Positions 1 to 12,700 of a stretch of DNA of 64,000 nt are shown one piece after another (position 1 is the stretch's first letter; every line of letters starts with the position of its first letter). The stretch is taken from the NCBI GenBank assembly GCA_009103225.1, contig RHPI01002910.1:62001-126000 (forward strand), written 5' to 3'. The position numbers were made by a program, and so were the translations under genes. The DNA comes from Chlorokybus atmophyticus. Taxonomy: Eukaryota > Plantae > Mesostigma and Chlorokybus algae. The notes beneath the pieces are model-generated. The model worked only from the letters and a program-made list of their open reading frames with translations, did no database searches and was not told the origin of the DNA.

Positions 1-1089
1 GCGCCGTGCCAGCGAGGAATTCATCCTCCAGTTGCCACTGAGTCTGTTCTGGTTGGGTGTGATATTCAGGTAGTGGGAAGACTCAGTCACTGCTTTTTAA
101 GCGTGTTTTGTGCTTCCCTCCGCGCCCAAAAGCAATGCTAGTGGATCTGCTCCACGCATGATGGTCTCCCATGCACGCTCAGCTTGCTGACCTTGCGGGA
201 GCTTGAGTGATGTCGAGGGCGGGCCATGTAGCTGCGCGTGTCGCTACAATGGCAGCGGGCTCGACAATGGCACTACCGGTGGTGGCGAGAGTGTCGCTCA
301 GTGGCGCGAGAGTCGTCTCAATGCTCGCTGACACAGGTGGTCCTGCAGCTGGAGCAGGACCGGTGCGACTTGCTGCCGCAGGGTCGGTGACTGCGGTGGC
401 TGTCATCAGCGTACCCACCAGTGTTGTAGTCACGGTGCTCACTGATGTACCCACTTTTGGTGCAACTGGAGTAGTTGCTGCTGACGTTGACGGAGTCAAC
501 ATCATAGCCGGTGTAGCTGTTGCTGCTGGTGCAGCACCACTGGTGGCTTTTGAGGAGGTAGCTGCTGACGATTTTGCGGCTTCCCCTCGAGCTCGTCGAG
601 ATGGTTGAACGTGCTGGTGTCTCTCGGGCGCTTCGGAGCCATCATTGCCCATCGGCCAGAGTAGCAGGCACGGTAGTTCTGCTCCTTGTTCCTCCAAGCA
701 TGCCATACGCGCCATGAGGGCAGCGATATGGTCATCAGCTGGCGGGTTGGTTGAAGCCTTGGCGGCAACAGCAGCAGCGCGCGGACGTCATTCCAGTCAT
801 AGTAGCACCATACGACTCATTTTAGGTAAAAATACGCTTTAATACTAGTATACCAAGCAGCATTTGTCATACCACTCGAATACGGCCTAAAATACGACTT
901 TTAGGGTTATATATGGTGTTTAATGAGATATTTTCGATTCTAATGACTTTCTACTTGCAAACCCTTATTCCACCGCCTTGGAACGCAACAGACATTCTCC
1001 TAGCGGCGGTCTCCTTGGCGTGGGCGGCGGTGGCGACGGGATTGTCTTACTTGCCCTGCTTCCACAGACGCCTTGCAAGCAAGATATTC

Positions 1090-1512
1090 TCTCACTGTCA
1101 CACACGCACGCACCCACACAGTTAGTCTACCTCCCTCTCTCTCTACCTCTCTCACACACGCACATACACACAATCAGTTCATCTCTCTCTCCCTCTCTCC
1201 CTCTCATAAACGCACATGATTGCGCGTGTGCATGCAGTCCAGACTGACTGCTCTCCCTCTCTCACTCTCACACACGCACGCATACACACAGTCAGTCTAC
1301 CTCCCCCTCTCTCTGTCACACATGCACATACAGGCAGTCTATCTCTCTCTCCCTCTCTCACTCTCACAAACGCACACACACAGTTAGTCTCCCACTCTCC
1401 CTTTCTCCCTCTCACACACGCACGCACAGTCAGTCTACCTCCCTCTCTCCGTCTCTCCCTCTCACATACGCACATGCACACGCGCATTCAGTCCGCCTCC
1501 CCCTCTCTCTAT
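1090..1512 (+). repeat. Degenerate CT/CA-rich minisatellite (~60-70-bp units) inside the hAT 5' region
   Basis: Recurrent unit ctctcacacacgcac(a)tacacacagtcagtctacctccc..., about 6-7 copies. Overlapping ORF-track entries are low-complexity artefacts. Confidence 0.85.
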
Positions 1513-1534
1513 TTACTGAGCACTGACGCGCGCA

Positions 1535-3704
1535 ATGTGCAGACGCTGTGTCATGAAGGGTGAGGAGTGGAAGCATGTGCTGGTCATGAGCACTTCCGCC
1601 AAAAACTCGCAAGTTGAATGCTTGTACTGCAAGAAGACCTTCTGGGGAGGAGCCAGCCGCATCCGTGCGCATCTGCTTGGTGACAAGCCAACGGTTGGCG
1701 TGTCTCCTTGCACGGAGTGCCCGGAGCAGGTTAGCGCTGTCATACGCAGCCTTGAAGATGAGGCCGTGAAGGCTCATACCAAGCGGCGCAAAGTGAACCG
1801 ATTAGACGTGCTGTCGTAAGAAGGTTGGTGCTTCATTGTTGCACATGCAAGCAAGAGTTGCCAACACTCAACACACATGCATGCTCATTATGCATTGTCA
1901 CAAGCAGGTGCAGGCACAAGCGCAGCCAGAACCCAAACCCAAACCACTATCCCACAAGGCTTCAATCGAACGAACAAGACTGATGTTGATCGCGCCATAG
2001 CTCGTTTCTTTTATGCTAACAGCATACCTTTCACCGCTATTAGATCACCGTTTTTGAAGGAGGCAGTTGCAGCAATTGCCTCCTTTGGTCCTAGTTACAC
2101 TTTGCCTGGCTACAACGCACTGCGCACTACTTTGCTTGAGGAAGAATGCAAAGAGTTGGGGGAGCAGTTGAGTTAGCAACCTTACACATCACTACATCAG
2201 ACTTGAAGCATGAGATCACTTATTGGATAGATTGTGATGATAACAAGTGGTGCGAATAGGTGGAGACCAGCATACTCTCAACACTGCCAACCACGGGCTG
2301 CACTGTGACTAGTGATGGTTGGACGGATGTGCAGAATCGCCCGTTGCTCAACACTTTGGCGGTGTGCCCCAAAGGTGCTGTGTTTTTGGAAGGTGTCAAC
2401 ACTCAAGGACATGTCAAAGACGCTCCATATGTAGCTGCTCAGATCATCACCGCCATCAAAAAGGTGAGTCTTTCAACTTGTCATTGTTGTAAGGCTTGTG
2501 CTTATGTGTATGGGAACGTGTGAATGACTGGTTGCATGTGCAGGTTGGGCCCGAGAATGTGGTCCAGGTCTGCACCGATAGTGCGGCGGTGTGTCGTGCA
2601 GCCGGAGACCTCGTCAACAAGGAGTATCCACATATCACGTGGGCACCATGCACGGCTCATTGTCTGGACCTGTTACTGGAAGATCTTGACGAGTTGGCAT
2701 GGATTTCGGGGCCAATAGGTGAAGCCAAGCAAATCTTGAAGTTCATCACCAACCATCACCGGAGCAATGCCATCTTTGAGGCTAAAGCGCAGCTGAAGTT
2801 GCTGAAGCCAGGCGACACGAGGTTTGGCACCAACTTCTTGATGCTGCAACGTCTTGCGGAGGTGAAAGATGCACTTGAGGCCACCGTTGTGGATCGGGAA
2901 TGGAAGGCTTGGGTAGAGTCATCAAGGGCACTCTCAGAGACCGCGGACAAAGTGCGTTCTCTCGTGTTATCATCATCATTCTGGAAGGCGTTGGAGCTGG
3001 TGGTCAAACTTACAGAACCCATTATGAAGCTGCTGCGGCTGGTTGATGGCAACAAGCCCGTGGTCGGCAAGGTGTATGTCAACATGTTTGAGATTGGTGC
3101 ACACATCAGCAACATGGGGTTGAGCAACATCAAGGCCAAGGAGGTCCGCGACTTGTGGCGAGCCAGATGGGAAATGCTGCACACAAATCTACACTCGGTC
3201 GGGTACGTGTTAGATCCGGAGTTTTGGGGTAAGGAGCAGCGCAGCAACAGTGAAGTCATGTCAGGGTTCTATGATGTGCTTGAGTGCATGCTACCAAACG
3301 TGGCAGATCAGACGGCCGCTGTACAGCAACATGCGGCCTACTGCAACCGTGACGGGTTGTTCGGGCGTCCATTTGTCATTCAAGCTGCGTCTACCATGGC
3401 CGCCCATGCGTGGTGGCTTGAGTTTGGAGGTGGCACACCTCAGTTGCAGACCGTGGCAGTCCGCACCCTCGCTCAGGTCTCATCCGCATCATCCTGTGAG
3501 CGCAACTGGTCCAAGTATGACTTCATCCACAGCAAGAAGCGTAACAAGCTGCTCCCTGCGTGTGCTGAAGACTTTGTGTATGTCCACAGCAACCTGCACT
3601 TGCTACGCCGAGTGCAAGCAGTGGTCTACGAAGAAGACTTTGTACCATGGGTAGAGGAGTCTAGTGATGAGGAAGACTTCCCTGCGCAACTGTCTGATGA
3701 TTGA
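1535..3704 (+). pseudogene. hAT transposase (BED finger, DUF659-type core, hATC dimerisation domain), probably inactivated
   Basis: BED-like WKH...CLYC...RIRAHL; core motifs SDGWTD, CTDSA, CTAHCLDLLLED, TRF; C-terminal SSASSCERNWSKYDFIHSKKRNKL. Introns at ~1824-1910, ~2168-2259 and 2464-2543. In-frame TAA at 1817-1819; the second donor reads CAG|TTGAGT instead of CAG|GTGAGT. Confidence 0.88.
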
Positions 3705-6384
3705 CATGTCTTGTAGTTGCTGTTGTAGTGTGATATAGTTGACAAGATCTGCATTGTTCAACATGTGATGCATCGTGCGCATATGTGACACTATGCGTGT
3801 GCACTTCGCGTTGTTTCTATACACACACATATTGCAAATCGTATGCTTTCGTATTATCGAATCTTGCCTGATAGGATACTATCAAATACTCGTATACTCT
3901 GAAGCTGAAAGCATACTCGTATACCGTATGGTGCTACTATGATTCCAGTCCCTTGCGCTGAGGAGGGCGATTCTTCAACCTGTAGCCTTGCTCTTCCTTG
4001 CGAGCGTTGGCGTAGTTGTTGGTGTTGTTATGGCCTCCGGTATGGTTGCTGTTGTAGCCACCAGAGTTGTTGCCGTTGTGGCCTCCAGTGTTGTTGCTGT
4101 TGTAGCCACTAAAGTTGTTGCCGTTGTAGCTGTTTGCGGGTCTCAACTCAGGGACCTTGAGCCAGCAGATTGACTCCAAGTGGCCTGTCTTATGACAGTA
4201 GTCGCAGACCAGAGCTGACTACTCTTCGGTGCACTTCTTTTTGTAGTGCCCATGCCATCCACAGCAATGACACAGCACAGGGGCAGGCAAAGCAGTATGC
4301 GCTGACCGTTTTCCTTTATCGCGTGCTGGTGGAGCGTCCCGGCCATTCGCGGCGAGGAGGCTCGGCAGTTGTGCTGTTTAAAAAGCTTCCTTGAGCGTGT
4401 AGCCAAGGGGCCTGCTGTAGTTCAAGGTAAGGCGTGTCGACTCGCTCAGGGTGGCATCCAACTCATTGACATATACCACTGCAGCAGTCTCGTCACTGAC
4501 AATCTTGTAGTCAGTGTCCTTCAACAGCCCTTCCAGTCTGGAGTACAATCGTAGAGGGTCCTCGTTGGGCTTGCGTTGGAACCCCCTCAACTCCTCCACT
4601 TTGCTAGTGGTCTGCGGTGGGAAGGTGCGACGAAGCAGCGTATAGATCCTTGAGGGGAGAGTCAGAGATGGCAGCACCTACAGTGATGGCTAGTGCGCGC
4701 AGTGCGACTGACCCGAGGGCGAAAGCACTGCCTCCCGCACGAGAGCCAGGTGTTGCCCAAGGTAGAGGTGTGCCCACCTCAACGGCTGCAGTTCGCTGTT
4801 CTTCAAGGATAGCAGCAGAACGGTCCAGGATCCGGGCCCGTCGCGCGGCCGTCTTGATCTCAATCTCTGCAGGGGTCAGGTTGACGATCACCGACTCAGG
4901 TTCCTCCTCCTCTGCTCTGTCAATGGCTGCCGCTATGGACAACCCGGTAACTGCAGCGGGAGTGCTAGGTGGAAAAACGACTGCTGGACTGTGCAGTGCC
5001 GCCGCCGCTATGGTGCTGGCGAGCTCACCATAACCATCAACTCGATGCAGTTCAGCAGCAGGCTTCCAGACATCATGTGCTTCATGGTCCAGATACTGAG
5101 CAGCAATGTGGAAAGAAATCTCAGCCGAGTAGTCTTTGTTCTTCAGAGCCTGCTGTCGCATTTTGGAGTGGAACTTGATGATGAATTCATCCAGCGTGGT
5201 AGTGCCAGCACGTTTAGAACAGCGAAGGGACGTGGTTGAGCTAAAAGACTCCATCTCGTAGTCGTCACTGTCGGACGAGAGTGGGAAAGCTCAATGCCGA
5301 TTAAGAGACAGAACGCGAGCCTCGCCTGCTACGATTATTGCTCCCGTCACTGGTCCGCTCGTAGGTGAGATTGGAGGTTAGGCTCCAGCTGCTGAGGTCA
5401 CCCTCGTCTATTGGAGAGAACGGGGTGGGCCTGCTCATACAGCTAGTTTACAGGTTTAAGTGTATGCAGGGTAGAGTGTTTGTGCCCTACTGCCTGTTTC
5501 GATGCCGCTACCACTTACCACACTAGCGCTTGTGTGTGCACTATGTAATGACAGTGATAACGAATGCACAGGGATGTGTCCCCAGATACAGACTGCACTA
5601 TTCGATGCAGAATGCAACGCACTCACTTGAGCAAAGAGGGTGACACTGGGAGTCACCAAGCCACTACTATAGGTAGTGCTGTTTACACAATTCTTTGCAC
5701 GAGCGGAAAATGTGTTACACTGTTAAGTGAGGTGAATGAGCAAGCAACACGTGGATACCATGCCCTAACTGATGCCAACAAACACACTGTAACCAGGCAC
5801 ACCAAGCTTACAGCAATGCCAAGCATGATGCACACGAGCATGCACAGGCTCTCACACAGTGAGGGGGTTCTTGGTAACCGGGATGGCGTGTTCGCAGTTC
5901 AAGTCGTTTTACAAGCTCTTAGCTTTCTCACTCACAGTGTCACCAGCTGATCCGGTGAACACTGTGCCTATATATACAAGCCAAATCATGACTGCTCAAA
6001 AAATAAGTTAATGATCATATCAATCACCACTTGATATAGAACACAACTTATAAATGAACTCACATAACTGAACAGCTACGCGCGGTGCCTATGTAGGCTA
6101 TGGTCGTGAGCTACTCTGAAGTCATGACCTAGCAACTGGTCAGTGACGCGCGCGCGCTGGTATGCTGGTAGGCCGGGCGCTGGTTTTAATGTAGGCATGC
6201 TCGATGAAGGCCGGTATGCGCGGGCACTAGGCATGACAATTTTGATGGAGATGGTAAGCCATTAACGTACTTAAAACAAGGTTGCATTAGTTGATATCGC
6301 TTTTAAGGGGGCAATGCTTAAGCAGGTAGAACTCATCACGTAGCATTGCCTAAGGGGTTATTGACTCCTCCGCGGCATTTCCAC

Positions 6385-8412
6385 CATAAACGTACACCAC
6401 ACGGGCGGGCATCTATTAGGCTCGTCTTACAATCAAAAGTACCGCTACCACAGCCACAACAATAAAAAACATATTTGTATCGACTCCAAAAGCGACCTGC
6501 CCATTGCAACCATCACCTACCCGCTAAATGGGGCCTCCTTTGTGGTCAACCAGGTTTTCAACTGCATGGCCCAAATCGGACCGGCAGGAACAGTGGCATC
6601 TTGGCGCATCAACCAATTCCATCGCCTTAACATACACGTATCGTCGCAGTATTGCGTGTGCCATGTTCGAAAATAGCTGCATCACTAAAAGTTATTTGTT
6701 GCCAGGCCAACACTTGCCACACTCTCTGTCACCACCGCTAAAAATGTCTTAACGACGCGGCTGATTGTCATGGATCAGGCGTTGTACAACTATGCTCAGA
6801 ACTGTGCCTTCCGGTGCGGTAACTTCCACGTCCGTCAACTTTACCCATTCCAAGGTATCTTTCAGCAGACCTGTTTGTGCATTGCAGCACATGTTTTCAA
6901 ATTGCGGCAACGTTTGCATATATGCGCACACACACACACGCGGTTGCTCTCCCTTTGTATCACAATGGACCGCTCAATGACTTGCAATGACCAACAATGT
7001 TATGATATTGTGTTGCCAGTTGTCATGACTTATTAAAGCGTGCCTTCTAGATTGACAATCAGTGGGTAAGAAGATCCCCAGCCTACTCCATTCACCATTG
7101 TTGGGATTGCGGGTTCATCCATCATCATTGCTGCGCAAAGCCCGCAGACTCTTAACGGCGTGAGCTACAAGTTTGTGTGGTGGCAGGCAAGTTTGGTGTT
7201 AGCCATCAGAACAGCTGCGCATGTGTTGCTAGCTACGTGTTTCGCCCCTGGATCGTTGATGTCTGGCTAAGATTCTTTCGCAGACACCTACCTAACATGT
7301 GGGGTGTCTGCAGGACGGTAACGCTACTCGTGTCATAGTGAACCCGAATACGCCGTTCACATACACCGCAACGTTTCAGCCCGCATCCTTGCCATGGCTA
7401 CCTCCACCCGCGCCACTTGCGTCTCCACCTCTAGCGTCCGAAACAAACCCATCACCCCCACCCCCGGAACCCGCACCGCCTCCTTCGAGACCACCACCTT
7501 CAACAACCTCTTCACCACCACCTTCAAGACCATCATCCTCACCTCCACCTCCACGACCGAGCCCACCGCTGCCAACACCATCACCGCCACCTCCACAACC
7601 ATCATTTCCACCTCATCCAAGCCCACTATTAGCAATCTGTTCACCACCATTGCCTCCTCTGAGCCCGCCGCCGCCAACAACCTCATCACCATCGTCTCCA
7701 CCAAGACCACCACCTCCACCGCCTTCTCTAAGCCCACCTCCCGCTCAATCGCCATTGCTTGCGTCCACGCCATGGCCACCTCCACCAACACCACGTGCTT
7801 CCCCTCCACCGCCATCAACAGCGTCATCACCGCCACCTTCGAGACCACCACCCCGAAGACCCCCGCCGCCCAAGAAGAAGTCCCCACCGCCTCCCCCTCG
7901 CCCGCATATCTGCCGCCCCCGACAGCTGTCCCTCACAGTCCGCCCCCGCCGTCGCCGCCAATTAGCACACCTGCACTAACTGCAGGTCAGGATGATGACC
8001 GCAACACCACTGCATTTGGGGGGATGTGTAGTGACTCTGTCTGAGCATTGCCTCCTTTACACTTGTGTTGTGAACTGAGACTCCATGGTCGCGTACTTCA
8101 TTGACGGACTTTGGCACAACCAACATCGTGCCAAATTTTTTCCCCGTTCCGCATACGGGGATGGCATGGTATTCACGTTGTCTTCTGATGGCTGGGGCAC
8201 AGTGCACACCGGCAACGGCTACAACTTATAAGGTTATGGTCTATGTGACTGATGTAGATAGGAGGCTTACTTTGTATTGCAATGTGACTGTCAGCCTTGG
8301 TACCATAGTTGGTGCTGTTCATAGCAGCTTACCTTGTTTGGGTGTCGTCTGATGGTGGCAGGCTACAATCACATCATCTTTGGTGGACCACCTGGAGATA
8401 AACCACCATATA
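6385..8412 (+). pseudogene. 5' part of a disrupted modular cell-surface/carbohydrate protein gene (PKD-like, B-repeat-like, extensin-like linker, possible GH16-like fragment)
   Basis: Translations: P*TYTTRAGIY*ARLTIKST (PKD-like), then after a frameshift DLPIATITYPLNGASFVVNQ. Exon 7051-7186 LTISG*EDPQPTPFTIVGIAGSSIIIAAQSPQTLNGVSYKFVWWQ splices via a GC donor to 7314 DGNATRVIVNPNTPFTYTATFQP. A Pro-rich tract follows, then VN*DSMVAYFIDG...MVFTLSSDGWG. Several in-frame stops, e.g. TAA 7067-7069. Confidence 0.6.
7395..7915 (+). repeat. Ser/Pro-rich extensin/HRGP-like coding tract
   Basis: Repeated SPPPP/SSPPP motifs ending in PPPPKKKSPPPPPRP, in the frame of ORF 7299..7979. Confidence 0.8.
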
Positions 8413-9604
8413 TGTAACAGCTTGGAGCATTTCCTGTATTCTATTGTACATGAAGCACTTGCTTTGCCTTTGTACTGGCTTAATAAAGGCTTCGGTAAAG
8501 CTTTACTAGGCCTTTTACGTTGGCTTTGCAACCGCGCGCGACTTCGCCTGCGACAAGCCCATCATCAGCTGCCGACCTGCGACATGACAACCGCCGAGTT
8601 GTGACGTGACTGCCGCGGCACTGCCATGATGTGGCATTACACCTGACTAGACATGTGACTAATGCCGCGCTGTGCAGTGCCTTGTGATGCGGATTGCACA
8701 GCAGATGCCGCCGATGGACGATGACACGAGTGGCAGCAGCCTGCAGTTAAAAGAGTCCCTTGAATTTGGTAAAGTATGATTGAAATGTCTGGTTATTAGC
8801 TTGCTTGGTTTTTATGCTTGTACATTTTTAAAACCCTGTGTAATACAACCAACAATACAACCAATTTTTGCTTTCTGCTCTCTGCTGTGAGTATGCTGGT
8901 GTATGGTTGAGAGAGGCGTGATCTAAGGCACACTGCTGCGTTCTTGCTTGGCGTGGGAAGTTGTCACGAATTGGGAAAAATTGTGGCAGACCTCACTCAT
9001 GGTAATGTCTTTTACTACCATAGCGTAGTGGTCGGAGCCCAATTGTCACAATGGTAACGGAGATTGACGTCTTATGTTTAATTCCCGTAGAAGATTGAGG
9101 CAAAAACAAAACCATGGCAAAAACAAAACCATTTGGGGCGGCTTGCTCTAGGCTGGGCGCGGGATCATGACCTGCGCGCCGAGCCAGTTCAACCTAAGGC
9201 CGCGTGAACGGTCGCGCTGCGATGGCAGGTCGCGCGGTGAGGATGGCCGTTCGATCGTTCAGGACCGTTCGTGGGCCGGATGCAACAGGCCGCGGGCAGA
9301 CCAATTGTGGTACGGCCGCAAATACGGTGACGTGGGCTAGTGCCTCACTGGATTATGAGGAACTCACGGGTTAAATTGGGGAGGAAAGTCACGAATTGTG
9401 GCAGACCGCACTCATGGTAGTGTCTTTTACTATCATAGCCTAGTGGTGGGGCCCCAATTGTTACAGAAGTAGTAGTGTTCGCGTGCTCGAGGCGTGCGTG
9501 CTAGACGCGGGAGAGAGCAAGGTTTTGGTGTGAAGACTGTGCTCAGCTGCACACACGTGTTGTATGACTTGTGTGTTGTGTATGTGAGCACGAGCATCGT
9601 CACA
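8413..9604 (+). repeat. 5' LTR of Gypsy-1 (interrupted at 8962-9465)
   Basis: Colinear with 14416-15093 once the TRIM and one GAAGT copy are removed. Confidence 0.9.
8962..9465 (+). mobile_element. TRIM (terminal-repeat retrotransposon in miniature), copy 1
   Basis: 5-bp TSD GAAGT (8957-8961, 9466-9470). TG...CA ends; LTRs 8962-9050 and 9387-9465. PBS-like TGGTAACGGAG at 9052; PPT GGGTTAAATTGGGGAGGAA; no ORF. Second copy at 48187-48693. Confidence 0.95.
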
Positions 9605-9705
9605 GTGGTCTCGGAGCTCTTGGAAGGGTTGAGTTTCTTTCTTGAAGGGGACTTTACATATATCTTTCATGTGTGAGGTTTTCAAAAGCTTTGTGGACGC
9701 TACCA

Positions 9706-12700
9706 TGGATGATGCACGTGTTGTGGAGCTTTGGCAAGTGCTGGTGGCTGCTCACGAGTAGCTGCAATGTGTTTAAGCATCTGCCCAAGCTCAAGCGGCA
9801 CAATTTCAAAAAGTCTTTGCGCAAGCGCGCGCGGCTACGCCTGTTGCTGCACCTGTGGCTCTTCCACCAGCCTCTCGTCATGTGAAAGTGCCAAAACCGA
9901 AGCCATTCAAGGGTTGAAGGATTGGTAATTGCGTCGAGGAGTGACTTTTCATGCTTGAAGCTCATCAAGGCACCCATACATCTCCCTGTCGGTGTGGCTG
10001 CTACTGTTTTCAGGGAGCTGCACTTGTGTAATGGCGTCATTGTTGTGCTCGTATGGAAGCTGCTCTTGAGGTTCCCTTTGTCACCGTGGCTGGCCGCTAA
10101 GGTGAAGAAACTGTTCCTACTGGTGCAAAGCATGAAGACGGCACGCAATCAGCTACCTACACTTGTGCAAATGCAATCCGTGATAGCTATACCTCTGCGT
10201 TTCAGTGTCTTGTGCTCTCCATACCCAACATGACTGAGGAGGATCAGTTGGACCGCTACACATGCGGGTTGAAGACTCTTTGTCGCAAGGAAGTTGAGCT
10301 TCGTGACGCCAAGTCTCATGCAGAGGCCATTTGCCAAGCGTACGAACGTGTTGTATTTCAAGGGTACTGCTAAAGACACTGATCGTGGGCGCTTCACTCA
10401 GTCACGGGGAGGTTCGTATCACTCATGCACACCTTTTGGAGCTGGTTTGGGAGCTGCAACAGCTGCGGGGGCTGGCTCGGGATCTGCACCAATGGAGTTG
10501 GGTGTTTTCCATGTTCAAAGAAGGGTGTGAGGGGTCGGGAAGATGTGAAGGCAGATCAAAAGTGTTGGGAATGCTCTTCCACACATCATATGCGCTCCAA
10601 CTGCCCCATCTTCAAGGCACAGTCGGCTCCACATGCACGCGACGTGCGCGGCGGTGAACGTGTGAATACGGTGGAGGAGGAGATGTTGCAATTAGTGGGA
10701 AACGGCTCACCTCAACCCCAGCAGTAGCTAAGGAGGCTACTGCTGGGGTTGAGATGGAGCCTCATTTCTATGTTGCCAGTTTGGAACCTTTCGTGGATGC
10801 GTCGGTGACTGTTGGCGGCATATGCAACGCCACGGCTACGCGGAACGATGTGGTTCATGTGCTCGACGAGACGAGGCTGCTGCTGACAGTCATGACCATG
10901 AATCGCGAGGGTCATGGGCCTTAGGTGGAGTGTAAATTGCTGGTGGATAGCATGAACAGCAACTTCGTGAATCTGGAGGTTGCACGTCGATACAAGTGGC
11001 TTGTGGGCGAATGCCGACTCCGTGACTCTTACGGACTGCCGTGCACCAACCGAAGCTACGAAGCTGAGCAAAGAGCTTGTCCACGTGGGGATGATGGAGG
11101 ATAAATTACGGTTTTGCTGCATCGAGCTCGGCAACGGCCTTGATGGCATTTTGGGGCTACCTTGGCTTTGGACACATAACCCCGCCATTGATTGTAGGAA
11201 GCGCCTAATTGCTGCCCCGGAAGGTGGTGGTATGGCTATGACTTGCTTCGGTGCTCTTCTCGTGGTGAGTGTTTGGTTCCAGAGCGTGTGAGCTGCGTCT
11301 CAGCTGCCAGCAATGCACCGCATGTGTGTGAGGTGCATGGCGTGAAGGTGTGCCAGCAAGATGCACAACATGCTTCTAGCTTAAGGGGGGAGGCTCCGGA
11401 GCTGGAGTCACAAGTTTTTGAGGTTGACATGGAGCAGATCTGGTCCGGGAACGACGTGAAGGATGCATGTTTGTGCATGGTGCGTGACACACCGTCAAAG
11501 TCAGATTCGAATCTGGTCGACACTAGTGTCAAGGGTACGGAAGACCCTGAGGTGCAGAAGTTGCTTGAAAAGTTTAAAGACATCATGGTGGACGGGTTAC
11601 CATCCGGCTTGCCACCCATGCGCAGCGTTGATCATCATGTAGAGTTCTTTGAGAGCGTGCACAAGCAAAAATACAGACTGGTGTACAAGTTGTCTTCGGC
11701 TGAGCTCGAGGAGGCGGAGAGATAAGTTGAGGACCTTCCGCAACGTGGATGCATCAAGCCTAGCAAGTCTCCTTATGGTGCACCTATCTTGTTTGTGCGC
11801 AAGAAGAACGGAGCCTTGTGAATGTGCGCTGACTACCGGCTGCTTAACAACATCACGAAAAAGAATGTCTTTCCTTTGCCTCACATCCATAAGTTGTTGG
11901 AGCAGCTAGAAGGTGCTGAGTTCTTCACAAGCTTGGACCTAGCTGGCGGCTACCATCAAATCCGGGTAGCGCCCGTGGATATCAAGAAAACGGCATTTTA
12001 ACACTCGCTATAGCCAATACGAGTGTTCAGTGATGTCGTTTGAGATGACCAACGGCAACGTCGCAAACCTTAATCCGGCAATGTCTCAAACCTTGATAAA
12101 CGGTGTCTTTGCTGATCTGATTGGCAAGGGTGTCTCGTGTATGTCGATGACATTCCCGTGTACGCGAAGAGCAAGAGCGAGCGCATGGCGTTGCTACGTG
12201 AGGTGATGCAGCATTCACGTGCAAACAAGTTGTTCGCTCAACAAGTGCCGTTTCTTGCTGCAAGAGGTAGAGTAAGTCGGTCATATTGTCTCCAAGCAAG
12301 GGATCAAGACGGACCCCAACAAGATTGCAGCGGTGCGCAATTGGACTGCCCCGAAGAGTATGAAGAATGTCATGTCGTTCCTAGGGCTGGCTGGTTATTT
12401 TTGCAAGTTTACAAGAGGCTTCCCGCATTTGGCATCACCATTGACGGCATTGCTGAAGAAGGGGGCGAGTTGGAGCTGGTCGGAGGTTGAAATGAAGGCG
12501 TTTTCTGACTTGAAAGCGGCCTTAACATCAGCACCCGTGCTAGTGCATCCCAACATGCAGTCGTCCTTCGTGGTGGCGTGTGACGCTTCCAATCAGGCCG
12601 TTGGAGCTGTGTTGCAGCAAGATCACGGCGACGGCTTGCAACCGGTGGCATTTTTCAGCAAGAAGTTGATTGGAGCCGAGCTCAACTACCCCATTGATGA

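Larger units (their letters stand above)
798..3941 (+). mobile_element. Full-length hAT (Ac/Tam3-like) DNA transposon
   Basis: Perfect 17-bp TIRs CATAGTAGCACCATACG (798-814) and its reverse complement (3925-3941). Perfect 8-bp TSD ATTCCAGT (790-797, 3942-3949). Clustered subterminal ATACG/CGTAT motifs at both ends; internal transposase. Confidence 0.97.
179..5254 (-). mobile_element. Degenerate LTR-retrotransposon gag remnant, split by the hAT insertion
   Basis: Minus-strand translation gives a capsid-like segment (TTLDEFIIKF...YLDHEAHDVW) and a gag-type motif (KVEELRGFQRKPNEDPLRLYSRLEGLL). Two CCHC knuckles follow at ~4165-4275 (CHCCGWHGHYKKKC, CDYCHKTGHLESICWLKVPELRP), then an Asn/Gly-rich ~21-bp repeat at ~4010-4130. 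Low-complexity Thr/Ala/Pro sequence continues left of the hAT. Stops and frameshifts present; no LTR identified. Confidence 0.7.

Noticed and set aside
5400-5950. Possible 5' LTR/PBS for the gag remnant (TGGTAGCGGC on the minus strand near 5510)
   Set aside because: No adjacent CA-ending LTR boundary or second LTR in the window to confirm it.
7357-8044. Thr-rich (+) and Val/Gly-rich (-) ORFs
   Set aside because: Alternative-frame and antisense shadows of the Pro-rich tract.
8962-9465. Short direct repeats with a spacer that could be mistaken for CRISPR or a SINE
   Set aside because: Only two repeats, with TG...CA ends, PBS, PPT and a 5-bp TSD, which defines a TRIM; no poly-A tail and no array.
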